Shown here piece after piece: positions 55,078 to 64,000 of a DNA stretch of 64,000 nt. A program made the translations under genes and the position numbers. This DNA is from an uncultured Gemmatimonadales bacterium. Its GTDB lineage: Bacteria > Gemmatimonadota > Gemmatimonadetes > Gemmatimonadales > Gemmatimonadaceae. The stretch covers positions 224,001 through 288,000 of the forward strand of contig CAWBZV010000005.1 of NCBI GenBank assembly GCA_963793305.1, read 5' to 3'. The stretch's first letter is position 1. The number at the start of each line of letters is the position of its first letter. The notes beneath the pieces are model-generated. The model had not been told where the DNA came from, did no database searches, and saw only the letters and a list, made by a program, of their open reading frames with translations.

Positions 55078-55701
55078 GGCTCTGTATCAGGTGTACGGAG
55101 GTCGGCGTCTTCGGGTTTCAAAGCTCTTCTCAGTTCCAATCGAGCCCTGTGTATGTACGTCTTTACGGTGCCGAGCGGGAGGTCCAGGGTGGTTGCGATC
55201 TCCTCGTACGACCGCCCTTCCACGTGCCGCATCAGAGATGCACGAACGGTACTCCGGCCGCAGCGCCGCGATCGCCTTCTCGATCGCGCTCCCCAGCTCG
55301 CGCGACTCCAACTGATCGAGCGCGCTCGGCGCGTGCGAGGCGATCTCGAACGACGTCGCCTCGACCTCGGCCTCCGTCGCCGCATGCGGCGCGCCCGAGA
55401 CGCTGACCGTCGCCAGCCGGCGCTTGCGCAGATGATCGATCGCGACGTTGTTCCCGATCTTGAACAGCCAACTCGACAACTTGAAATCGGCGCGATACCG
55501 GTCGATATGGTTCAGCGCCTTGAGAAACGTGTCCTGCGCGAGCTCTTCGGCCGTCTCCCGATCGCGCACCATGCGATAGATCAGCGAGAACAACGGACGC
55601 TCGTACCGTCGAAGGATCTCCCGGAACGCGGGCTCGCGGCCTTGCTGCGCGAGCGCGACGACATCCGCGTCCGGTAAGTTGGCGAGATCGAACACGGCCA
55701 C
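55074..55701 (-). CDS. ECF sigma factor, frameshift near 55236
   Basis: AEELAQDTF, SWLFKI.NN.AIDHLR, then SYEEIA..L.LPLGTVKTYIHRAR in the next frame. Confidence 0.92.
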
Positions 55702-55735
55702 AGCAGGGAAGCTACCGTCCCCTTACTTTTCCCGC
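55702..55735. promoter_or_regulatory. Back-to-back -10 boxes, probable leaderless promoters
   Basis: Minus: TAGCTT-N7-GTG (sigma factor); plus: TACTTT-N6-ATG (methyltransferase). Confidence 0.55.
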
Positions 55736-56437
55736 ATGTTGGTCGACGCCAAGCGCCAGCACGTCCAGCGGATGTTCTCGGAGATCGCGCCGCGCTACGA
55801 TCTCTTGAATCATCTTCTGAGCTTCAACGTCGATCGGTCGTGGCGTCGCCGCGCGATCGCCGCGCTCGCGTGGGAACGCGCTCCCGCCGGCACGTATCTC
55901 GACCTGTGCGCGGGCACCCTCGACGTGTCCTCGGCCCTGGCGACCCACCGGGGTTTCTCGGGCCGCGTGTTCGCCGCCGATTTTGCGGAACCCATGTTGC
56001 GCGCGGGCGCTGCGAAATCCCGTGCGTCGATCAGCCCCGTGGTCGCCGACGCCCTCGTGCTGCCACTGCGCGACGAGAGCGCCGACGGCGCGATCGTGGC
56101 GTTTGGAATAAGAAATGTCGAGCACCTGGACGCCGCTCTCACCGAAGCGCTCAGAGTGTTGAAGCCGGGCGGCCGCTTCGTGATCCTCGAGTTCTCGACC
56201 CCCCCGTCGCCAATGATCCGCACGGCCTACCACGCATACTTCCACCACGTGCTGCCGGCCATCGGCGGCGCCGTCAGCGGTCATGGTGCCGCGTATCGCT
56301 ATCTCCCGCGCTCAGTCGCGCACTTCCCAAATGCTGAAGATCTCGCGGGCCACATGCGATCCGCGGGATTCACCGGCGTGACCTGGGAGCCTCTCACTTT
56401 CGGCGTGGCCGCGCTCCACGTCGGGCAGCGCCCGTAA
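55736..56437 (+). CDS. menG: Demethylmenaquinone methyltransferase (UbiE/MenG)
   Basis: MFSEIAPRYDLLN, LDLCAGT.D, FGIRNV, RVLKPGG, YRYLP.S. Confidence 0.9.
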   Translation: MLVDAKRQHVQRMFSEIAPRYDLLNHLLSFNVDRSWRRRAIAALAWERAPAGTYLDLCAGTLDVSSALATHRGFSGRVFAADFAEPMLRAGAAKSRASISPVVADALVLPLRDESADGAIVAFGIRNVEHLDAALTEALRVLKPGGRFVILEFSTPPSPMIRTAYHAYFHHVLPAIGGAVSGHGAAYRYLPRSVAHFPNAEDLAGHMRSAGFTGVTWEPLTFGVAALHVGQRP

Positions 56438-57907
56438 GTGTCGCTCGACACCCTCAGCGCCTTCATCTCCGCGATCGAACACGCCGGCGAGCTTCGCCGC
56501 ATCAGGCAGCCGGTCGCCGCCCGCTTGGAACTGTGCGAGATCGCCGACCGCGTAATGAAGCAACCCGCGGGCGGCGCCGCGCTGCTCTTCGAGAACGTCA
56601 CGCTCGACAATGGATCGCGCTCGCCGTACCCGGTGGCGATCAACCTCTTCGGCTCCGACCGCCGTATGTCGCTCGCCTTGGGCGTGACCAGTCTCGACGA
56701 CCACGCGGCGCGCATCACCGAGCTCCTCTCCACGCAGGTTCCCCCCGGCATCATCGCCAAACTGGGTCTGCTCCCCCGGCTCCTCGAAGTCGCCAAATTC
56801 CCGCCACGCCATAGCTCCTCGGCGGCATGCCAAGAGGTCATCTGGCGTGGCGATGAAGTAGACCTGGGCCGCTTGCCCATTATCACGTGCTGGCCAGAGG
56901 ACGGCGGTCCGTACATTACCCTACCAATGGTGATCTCGCGAGACCCCGTGCGAGGGATCCGCAACGTCGGGATGTACCGCGTCCAAGTACTCGGGCCGCG
57001 CACTATCGCGATGCACTGGCAGCGCCACAAAGTCGGTGCTGCTCACTGGCGCATCATGGCGGAGCGCGGCGAGACCATGCCGGTGTGCATCGCGATCGGC
57101 GCCGACCCCGCATCGATCTACTCCGCGTCGGCCCCGTTGCCACCAACCGTGGACGAATTCTTGTTCGCGGGATTTCTGAGGACAGCCCCGGTCAAGCTGG
57201 CCAGAGCCGTGACGTGTGATCTCGATGTCCCGGCTGAGGCCGAGTTCGTCATCGAGGGTTACATTGATCCCCGCGAGCCATTGGTCACCGAGGGACCATT
57301 CGGCGATCACACCGGTTTTTATTCGGAGGCGGATCTCTACCCGGCGGTCCACGTTACTGCGGTGACGATGCGCACGAGCCCCATCTATGCCACGACCATT
57401 GTCGGACGCCCCCCGATGGAGGACTACTACCTCGGGCACGCCACCGAGCGCATCTTCCTTCCACTGCTCAAGCTGACGATCCCGGAGATCGTCGACTATC
57501 ACATGCCGGCGGAGGGGATCTTCCACAACCTCGTCTTCGTGTCGATCGATAAGCAGTATCCGGGGCAAGCCTACAAGGTCATGAACGCGCTGTGGGGCGC
57601 CGGACTCATGTCGCTCGCCAAGATGATCGTGGTCGTCGACAAAGAGGTCGATGTGCGCGACCCGCGGAATGCGTGGTGGATCGCGCTCAACAATATCGAT
57701 CCCGAGCGCGACGCGCGGTTCTCGATGGGCCCGATCGACGTCCTCGACCACTCGAGCCGCGCGTTCACCTATGGCTCCAAGATCGGATTCGACGCGACGC
57801 GCAAATGGCCGGAAGAAGGCTACACGCGCAACTGGCCGCCCCTGATCGAAATGGACGCCGCGACACGGTCCCGCGTGGATGCGCTCTGGCCGTCGTTGGG
57901 CCTATGA
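56438..57907 (+). CDS. UbiD-family decarboxylase (menaquinone biosynthesis, MqnL-like)
   Basis: WPEDGGPYIT, NVGMYR, EGPFGDHTGFY, GRPPMED. Confidence 0.92.
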   Translation: MSLDTLSAFISAIEHAGELRRIRQPVAARLELCEIADRVMKQPAGGAALLFENVTLDNGSRSPYPVAINLFGSDRRMSLALGVTSLDDHAARITELLSTQVPPGIIAKLGLLPRLLEVAKFPPRHSSSAACQEVIWRGDEVDLGRLPIITCWPEDGGPYITLPMVISRDPVRGIRNVGMYRVQVLGPRTIAMHWQRHKVGAAHWRIMAERGETMPVCIAIGADPASIYSASAPLPPTVDEFLFAGFLRTAPVKLARAVTCDLDVPAEAEFVIEGYIDPREPLVTEGPFGDHTGFYSEADLYPAVHVTAVTMRTSPIYATTIVGRPPMEDYYLGHATERIFLPLLKLTIPEIVDYHMPAEGIFHNLVFVSIDKQYPGQAYKVMNALWGAGLMSLAKMIVVVDKEVDVRDPRNAWWIALNNIDPERDARFSMGPIDVLDHSSRAFTYGSKIGFDATRKWPEEGYTRNWPPLIEMDAATRSRVDALWPSLGL

Positions 57908-58812
57908 CACAGCGCTCACGAGAACGGCAGACGTTCGCGGGCACCTCACGCTTGGTGACCTACGCGAATTTCGTCCGGCTCCCGCACACGATTTTCTTAT
58001 TGCCGTTCGCGCTCGTGGGCGTGACACTCGCGTCCGATGTCGCGCCCGTGACGGGACGCGTTGTGGCGTGGGTCGTCGTGGCGTTTACCGCCGCGCGGTT
58101 CGCGGCGATGGGCTTCAACCGCGTCGTCGACCGCCATATCGATGCCCGGAATCCCCGCACGGCCCAGCGCGAGTTGCCGCGCGGGGCGATGAGTGTGGCC
58201 GAAGCGCGTTGGGCGGTCACGCTGGCGTCGCTCGTTTTCTTTGGCGCGGCGTGGATGCTGAGCCTCATTTGCTTCGTGCTCTCGCCATTCGCGCTGGCGT
58301 GGGTCTTTTTCTATAGCTACACCAAGCGCTGGACGCGCTGGTCGCACCTGGTGCTCGGCTTCGGTCTCTCCATCGCGCCAGTTGGGGGCTACCTCGCGGT
58401 CACCGGACGGTGGAGCCATCCCTGGTGGATGCTGATCAGCCTGGCCGGTGCGGTCGCCTGCTGGTCCGGCGGCTTCGATATCCTGTACGCGTTACAAGAC
58501 ACCGCGTTCGATCGGGCAAACGGTCTGTTTTCATTGCCGGCCGCTCTCGGGGAGGCGCGTGCGCTGCGCGTCGCTCGCGGTTTCCATGTCGCGGCGGTCC
58601 TGGGCCTCCTGCTTACAGGACTATCGACGAATGTCGGTTGGCTCTACTGGCTCGGTTGGGCCACCGTCGCCGCATTACTCGCGTATGAACATTCGCTGGT
58701 CCATGAAGACGACCTCTCGCGCCTCGACGCGGCATTCTTCACCCTGAACGGGATCATCTCGATCTTGTTCATGGTGTTCGTGGTCGCCGACCGCGTGATG
58801 CGCGCATGGTGA
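57904..58812 (+). CDS. UbiA-family polyprenyltransferase (MqnP-like)
   Basis: FNRVVDRHIDARNPRT, YSYTKR, GFDILYALQD. Confidence 0.92.
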   Translation: MTQRSRERQTFAGTSRLVTYANFVRLPHTIFLLPFALVGVTLASDVAPVTGRVVAWVVVAFTAARFAAMGFNRVVDRHIDARNPRTAQRELPRGAMSVAEARWAVTLASLVFFGAAWMLSLICFVLSPFALAWVFFYSYTKRWTRWSHLVLGFGLSIAPVGGYLAVTGRWSHPWWMLISLAGAVACWSGGFDILYALQDTAFDRANGLFSLPAALGEARALRVARGFHVAAVLGLLLTGLSTNVGWLYWLGWATVAALLAYEHSLVHEDDLSRLDAAFFTLNGIISILFMVFVVADRVMRAW

Positions 58813-59411
58813 CGGAGCCGCTCGTCTTCGGGATCACGGGCGCCTCCGGCGCACCGTACGCCGTCCACACACTGCGCGCATTGGCCGCCGCTGAGCGCCC
58901 CGTCTCGCTGATAATTTCCTCCCACGGTCTCCGTCTTCTTCATACCGAGATGGGGATCCAAACCCTCGATGCGTTACGCGAGGCAGTCGGTGGCCCGGTC
59001 TGGGATCGGTGGGTGACCGTCTACGATGATCGCGATCGCGGCGCCGCGCCGGCGTCGGGTTCGGCGCCGAGTGCCGGAATGCTCGTGTGTCCCTGTTCGA
59101 TGGGCACGCTCTCGGCGATCGCCGCGGGCAGCTCGCGGTCGCTTATTGAGCGCGCGGCCGATGTGACGCTAAAGGAGCGGCGCAAGCTCGTGCTCGTCCC
59201 GCGGGAAACGCCGCTCTCCGAGATCCATCTCCGCAACATGCTGCGCGTCACCCGCGCGGGCGCGGTCGTGCTCCCAGCCGCGCCGGGATTCTACCACCGG
59301 CCGACGACCATCGACGCGCTCGTCGATTTCGTGGTCGCCCGTGTGCTCGACCAACTCGGCATCCCGAATGCGCTCGCGCCGCGATGGACCGGATCCATTC
59401 GATCGGTCTGA
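58806..59411 (+). CDS. ubiX: Flavin prenyltransferase
   Basis: GITGASG, ASGS, PCSMGTL, RAADV.LKE, PRETP, PGFYH. Confidence 0.95.
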   Translation: MVTEPLVFGITGASGAPYAVHTLRALAAAERPVSLIISSHGLRLLHTEMGIQTLDALREAVGGPVWDRWVTVYDDRDRGAAPASGSAPSAGMLVCPCSMGTLSAIAAGSSRSLIERAADVTLKERRKLVLVPRETPLSEIHLRNMLRVTRAGAVVLPAAPGFYHRPTTIDALVDFVVARVLDQLGIPNALAPRWTGSIRSV

Positions 59412-59863
59412 TCGCCGACACGCACGGGCTCCTGCGGCCGGACGTTTTCACCGCACTCGATGGGGTCGAGCTGATCCTCCACGCCGGTGATGTCGGTGGC
59501 GATGGAATTCTGGATGAGCTGTCGCTCATTGCTCCAGTGCTCGCCGTGGCGGGCAACACCGACCCGCCAGGCGATCCGCGCCTCGCGCCAAGTCGTGTGT
59601 GTGAGGTGGCGGGCACGAAGATTCACGTGAGCCACGGCCACGAGCTCGGGTCTCCGACACCGGCCGCGCTGTTCGCCCGCTACACCGAGCCGATCATCGT
59701 GTACGGCCACACGCACAAGCAGCTCGTGTCACGAGACGGCGAACGATGGGCGATCAACCCCGGCGCTGCTGGGCCGCGCCGGTTCAATCTGCATCCCAGC
59801 GTGGCCCGGCTGCGCCTGTCGGGCTCGAGTATCGATGTGGAAATCATACCGCTGAACGACTAG
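59384..59863 (+). CDS. YfcE-like metallophosphoesterase
   Basis: ADTHG, HAGD, GNTD, HGH, GHTH, NPG. Confidence 0.9.
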   Translation: MDRIHSIGLIADTHGLLRPDVFTALDGVELILHAGDVGGDGILDELSLIAPVLAVAGNTDPPGDPRLAPSRVCEVAGTKIHVSHGHELGSPTPAALFARYTEPIIVYGHTHKQLVSRDGERWAINPGAAGPRRFNLHPSVARLRLSGSSIDVEIIPLND

Positions 59864-59881
59864 AGCTCAGCTTCACCGAGC

Positions 59882-60100
59882 TCAGATCAACTTGAAGTGG
59901 CCTGCTGGGTACAAAAAGTCGTCGTCCGAATCATCATTGATCCGATAGAGCGCGCCATTGGCTTCCACGGCGAGCAATTCATAGATCCGCCCGAGCGTCA
60001 GGTCGTGACACCCGCCTGGCTCGTCTTCGCCGGGGATCTTGAGCCAGGGTCGAACACTGATACACTGAACGAGGCTTGTGGGCTCCCACGAAGTCGCCAT
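59882..60100 (-). CDS. Small hypothetical protein (72 aa)
   Basis: GGGAG RBS-like sequence upstream; DLTLGRIYE...YRINDDSDDDFLYPAGHF. Confidence 0.6.
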   Translation of the reverse strand: MATSWEPTSLVQCISVRPWLKIPGEDEPGGCHDLTLGRIYELLAVEANGALYRINDDSDDDFLYPAGHFKLI

Positions 60101-60128
60101 CGCGTCGCTCCCGCGTTGGAGGTGGTCG

Positions 60129-61223
60129 TTACGCGGTGCAAGAGGCCGGCCACTGCGACGTACGCTTAAGCTCCACCGGAAAGCGCCTGAACCAGGACGA
60201 CAATAACTGCAGCTCGTCGATCTCGTGCGCGGGCACGGCCAAGGTCGCCTTCTGTTTTGGCGCGAACACCCCGTGGACCAAGTCACGCCACTCGCGCCGC
60301 TCTCCGGCGGTCCGCGGCGCGCTTCGGTCCGCGCGGATACACCCGCGCCGAATCGCGTAGACATGACGACTACCGTCCCAACCACGCACTGTATACACGA
60401 ACGACAATGTCTCGACCGCAAACCGGAGCCGCCCGAACTGGTCCCTTAAGCTTTCCAATCGCTTGAGCTTGTCGCGCAACGCCGCCGCGCGCTCGAACTG
60501 CAGGCGCTCGCTGGCTTCACGCATCGCTTCACTAATAGACCCAAGCGGCCCGTCATCGGTTCCATCGAAGAACGCCCGCGCGAGCCTTACCCGCTCGTCG
60601 TACTGCGCAATCGAGGTTCCCCCGATACACGGCCCCAGACATTTCCCGATCTCGAATCGAATACAGCCCGGTGTCCGCTGCGGGGCGCCGAACAACTCCC
60701 CTTGGTCACTGAAGCGCATCGGGACGTCTTTTGCGCAGTCCCGGAGCCCCAACGCGTCACTCAATTCTCTCGTGGCCTCTTCCAACTGTCGCGCACCGTG
60801 AAACGGCCCGTAGTAGGTCTCCGTGTGGTCAGTCCCGCTGGCCGTACGCACCACAACTAATTTTGGCGCCGGCGGCGCGCTCATCTTAATGAATGCGTAA
60901 TGCCGCGCGTCCGACTTCATCATGACGTTGTAGCGCGGCCGAAGCCGCTTAATGAGGCGCAGCTCGGTGATGAGCGCGGCGAACTCGCTGGGGCAGTACT
61001 CCCAGTCGATCGAGCGGGCCTCACGGAGAATCCGCGCGCCTTTTTCTTCCGGGTACTCGCACCGGAAGTAACTCAGCAGGCGAGACCGAACCTGTTTCGA
61101 CTTGCCGACGTAGACGATTTCACCGTCGGCCGACAGCATCCGGTACACGCCAGGCCGATCCGCCGCGTTCGCGCGAACATGCGCGCGCATGGCTTCGAGC
61201 TCGCTATCGCTGGCAGTACGCAC
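60129..61223 (-). CDS. UvrC N-terminal-like GIY-YIG nuclease with UVR domain
   Basis: PGVYRM..VYVGKS..RL.SYF, E..LIK..PRYN, FERAAALRD. Confidence 0.88.
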   Translation of the reverse strand: MRTASDSELEAMRAHVRANAADRPGVYRMLSADGEIVYVGKSKQVRSRLLSYFRCEYPEEKGARILREARSIDWEYCPSEFAALITELRLIKRLRPRYNVMMKSDARHYAFIKMSAPPAPKLVVVRTASGTDHTETYYGPFHGARQLEEATRELSDALGLRDCAKDVPMRFSDQGELFGAPQRTPGCIRFEIGKCLGPCIGGTSIAQYDERVRLARAFFDGTDDGPLGSISEAMREASERLQFERAAALRDKLKRLESLRDQFGRLRFAVETLSFVYTVRGWDGSRHVYAIRRGCIRADRSAPRTAGERREWRDLVHGVFAPKQKATLAVPAHEIDELQLLSSWFRRFPVELKRTSQWPASCTA

Positions 61224-61227
61224 AGAA

Positions 61228-61317
61228 CGCGGCTCCGCCGCGCGTCGATGCAGCGCTACGCGCTGCTCGACTGGTCGGTTCGCCTCCGGGGGGCAAACCC
61301 CAACTACGCCCCCCGGA
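61228..61317. repeat. Cluster of three hairpins (REP/MITE-like element)
   Basis: CGCGGC-TCC-GCCGCG; GCAGCGC-TAC-GCGCTGC; TCCGGGGGGC-N13-GCCCCCCGGA. Confidence 0.55.
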
Positions 61318-61331
61318 CCCCCCGGCTATCC

Positions 61332-62144
61332 TCATCGCTGACACGTGGCGCAGAACACCGTGGCACGCCCGTCGATCGCATGCGTGCCGACGAGCCGCGC
61401 ACCGCACCTCTGACACGCCCGTCCGGCCCGCCCATAGGCCGCGAGCGCGGCGGCAAATGATCCGCGCTCGCCGTTGGCGTCACGATAATCCCGAAAGCTC
61501 GTGCCTCGCGCGGCGATCGCTTCGGTCAGCACGTCGACGATCGCGTCCCGCAACGTGCCGGCCTCCGTGGTCGAGACGCTCCTCGCTTCTCGCGACGGAT
61601 CGATCCCGGCGCGCCACAGGGCCTCGTTCGCGTAGATGTTGCCGATCCCGGCGATCAGCCGCTGGTCCATGAGCACCTTCTTCACCGCCTGTCGCGAGCG
61701 TGCGAGAAGTTGGGAGAGATGATTGGACGTGAACGCGGAATCAAGGGGTTCGATGCCGAGCGCGCCGGTATATGCCTCAAAGCGCTTCGGCGTCATCAAG
61801 GCGACCGTGCCCAGTCTTCTCACATTGCGATAGTGCACGACGCGCCCATCGTCCAGTTGGAGCGTGACGGTCACATATCTCTCGTCGCTGGGATTTATCA
61901 ACAACGCGCCGGTAAACCGTGGCTGCACCACGAGGCGGTCCCCGCTTGAGAGATCGAGGACGACGAGTTTAGCGCGCCGCCAGGCGCGCAAAATAGTCGT
62001 ACCGGTTATCCGACTCGTGAGCGTGCGAGCGCTGACCTCGCGCAGCACGTCGGCGTGACGCACACGAACGCCGACAATCGTGCTCCCGGCCACCGCGCGG
62101 TCGAGATCCCGCGCGATCGTCTCCGTCTCAGGTAGCTCGGGTAT
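61332..62144 (-). CDS. mutM: Formamidopyrimidine-DNA glycosylase, apparent ATA start
   Basis: PELPE, RRAK, LMDQ..IAGIGNIYANE, C-terminal CxxC..CxxCQ zinc finger. Confidence 0.95.
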   Translation of the reverse strand: MPELPETETIARDLDRAVAGSTIVGVRVRHADVLREVSARTLTSRITGTTILRAWRRAKLVVLDLSSGDRLVVQPRFTGALLINPSDERYVTVTLQLDDGRVVHYRNVRRLGTVALMTPKRFEAYTGALGIEPLDSAFTSNHLSQLLARSRQAVKKVLMDQRLIAGIGNIYANEALWRAGIDPSREARSVSTTEAGTLRDAIVDVLTEAIAARGTSFRDYRDANGERGSFAAALAAYGRAGRACQRCGARLVGTHAIDGRATVFCATCQR

Positions 62145-63381
62145 GGCGAAACCCGATATCAGATCGGAACTGCTTGCCGTCGAGACCCACGCGCTCGACA
62201 AAGCCGTGGCTTTTCGCGTGCGCGTCGTTGAGCGTAGTCCCGACGCCGGTCACGCTCAACACCCGCCCGCCGGCCGAGATGAGCCGCCCGCCGCTGTCCC
62301 TCGCCGTCCCGGCATGGAACACGTAGACGTCATCCTCGGGATCTGGCAAGTCGATTCGGTCGCCAGCGCGTGGCGTATCCGGATACCCCGCGGCCGCGAT
62401 GACGGTCGTGACCGCGTAGCCGCCGGGCGATCGGCCGAGCTCCGGCAGATCATCGCCGACGGCGACGGCATGCAGCAACGCACCCAAGCCCTCGCCCGTG
62501 AGCGGCATGATGGTCTGAGTCTCCGGATCGCCAAACCGGGCATTGAACTCGACGACCTTCGGCCCGTCGTCGGTCATCATCAGGCCAGCGTAGAGCAGGC
62601 CCGTGAACGGCCGCCCCCGATCACGCATGACCTCGAGCACCGGTCGGATGACGTTGATCGCGACGTCATTCGTGAGCTGACTGTACTTGTCGCATCGCTC
62701 AAACGGGGCATACGCGCCCATGCCGCCGGTATTCGGCCCGCGATCCCCATCCAAAAGCCGTTTGTGATCCTGCGACGGCATGAGCGGCACAATCGTCGTG
62801 CCGTTGGTCACGCCAAATACCGAGACTTCTTCGCCTCGCATAAACTCTTCAACTAGAATCTCGCCCCGCTCGAGCAAGGCATCGATCGCCGCATCCGCCT
62901 CGGCGAGTGTCTCGGCGACAATCACACCCTTGCCCGCGGCGAGTCCGGACGCCTTGATCACCACCGGCGCGCCCAGGTCTCGCGCCGCGCGCTTTGCCGT
63001 CGCCGCCTCCGTATGTCGCGTCGCGCGAGCCGTAGGCACCCAGGCCTCGGCGAGTATCTCTTTCGCAAACGCCTTCGACGATTCGATCTCCGTCGCGGCC
63101 TGAGTAGGCCCAAAAATTGGTAGCCCCTCGGCTCTGAACTTGTCGACAATTCCCGCGGCGAGAGGCGCCTCAGGTCCAACTATTGTGAACGCTGGCCGCT
63201 CGTCACGCGCGAGCGCAGCGAGCGCGCTCAAGTCAATTGCCGCGATGCCGACACACCGGCCGAGCGTAGCGATGCCAGGATTGCCCGGGGCAGCTACGAT
63301 GTCGACGGTGGGATCGTCGCGGCGGAGGCGCCAGGCCAGCGCGTGCTCGCGCCCCCCGCCGCCGACGATCAGCACTTTCAT
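62128..63381 (-). CDS. purD: Phosphoribosylamine-glycine ligase
   Basis: GGGGREHAL, GPEAPL, GLAAGKGV, QDHKR, GPNTGGMG, EFNARFGDPE. Confidence 0.98.
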   Translation of the reverse strand: MKVLIVGGGGREHALAWRLRRDDPTVDIVAAPGNPGIATLGRCVGIAAIDLSALAALARDERPAFTIVGPEAPLAAGIVDKFRAEGLPIFGPTQAATEIESSKAFAKEILAEAWVPTARATRHTEAATAKRAARDLGAPVVIKASGLAAGKGVIVAETLAEADAAIDALLERGEILVEEFMRGEEVSVFGVTNGTTIVPLMPSQDHKRLLDGDRGPNTGGMGAYAPFERCDKYSQLTNDVAINVIRPVLEVMRDRGRPFTGLLYAGLMMTDDGPKVVEFNARFGDPETQTIMPLTGEGLGALLHAVAVGDDLPELGRSPGGYAVTTVIAAAGYPDTPRAGDRIDLPDPEDDVYVFHAGTARDSGGRLISAGGRVLSVTGVGTTLNDAHAKSHGFVERVGLDGKQFRSDIGFRHTRAT

Positions 63382-64000
63382 TTCTTGCGAAACGCCGACG
63401 TGAACGCGTCGCGCGCGCGATCGACTACGCCCTCGATGTCATTGAGGACCGTCTGGGCCTTATCCGAGTAATGTTTCGCGGCGTCGCCGTAGTCTTTCTT
63501 GAGATCGCGATCGTCTTCCGATCCACGCCGCGGATAATCCCCGGCGAGGATCTTCGCGTAGTCCCCGCTCGCGACCCACCGCTGCAACTCGGCCACCCGC
63601 ACGGTCGCGAAGGGATGATCCTTCCCGACGGTATTCAGCAGCTTGAGGATGTTGTCCCACACGCCGCCCGATGCCTCATACTCGGCCGCCTGCTTCAAGA
63701 ACTCGTCGAGGTTGAGCTCATCATCGCCCGCGGAGCCACCGGCCATTTTGAAGTACGTCATCATGGCCTTGTTCGTGTCCTGCCCGCCGAGCAGCCCGGC
63801 GCGGTCCGACGACAACTCGGCTTTGCGGAACCACTCCAATAACGCCAGCCTGAAGGGCAAAAGCGCGACTTCCGCTATCCACGGCAAATTCGACAGGCCG
63901 AATTGCAACAGAATGATGGCGATCGTGCTATAGGTGACGTGCCCGCTGATAATATGGCCGAGCTCGTGCGCCAAGACGTTCGCGTTGCTCCTCACGATCG
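63378..64000 (-). CDS. M48-family metallopeptidase (partial, 5' end outside window)
   Basis: LAHELGHI, W.RKAELSSDRAG, HPF..VR. Confidence 0.88.
   Translation of the reverse strand, partial: IVRSNANVLAHELGHIISGHVTYSTIAIILLQFGLSNLPWIAEVALLPFRLALLEWFRKAELSSDRAGLLGGQDTNKAMMTYFKMAGGSAGDDELNLDEFLKQAAEYEASGGVWDNILKLLNTVGKDHPFATVRVAELQRWVASGDYAKILAGDYPRRGSEDDRDLKKDYGDAAKHYSDKAQTVLNDIEGVVDRARDAFTSAFRKK

Overview
High-GC bacterial chromosomal segment. Gene content and order suggest Gemmatimonadota (inference, not verified). No rRNA, tRNA, CRISPR array or intact transposase/integrase was seen. Most of the window is housekeeping: end of a type IV pilin-like cluster, Moco genes, the F0+delta half of the ATP synthase operon, peptidases, cstA, an acyl-CoA dehydrogenase/ETF/Fe-S oxidoreductase module, gpmI, a peptidoglycan-remodelling cluster, guaB, NifU/Mrp, an ECF sigma/anti-sigma operon, menaquinone genes, uvrC-like, mutM and purD. 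Isolated indels break many conserved genes, which most likely reflects long-read errors. Best candidate for an undescribed system (3.8-11.2 kb): a sigma54 activator with a degenerate receiver, a conserved hypothetical, an unannotated 19-aa peptide gene (MLSLLLKLFGMCAVTMGWE) with a strong RBS directly upstream of a multi-TM HD-GYP phosphodiesterase, and a convergent BTAD-ATPase-TPR regulator; the last three lie in a lower-GC block. Other highlights: a ~55-bp element present both intergenically and as an in-frame insertion in gpmI, a branched RNA-like structure before atpE, an M1 peptidase with Omp85-like C-terminal motifs, a catalytically dead L,D-transpeptidase paralogue next to an active one, back-to-back leaderless promoters, and apparent ATA/CTG start codons.
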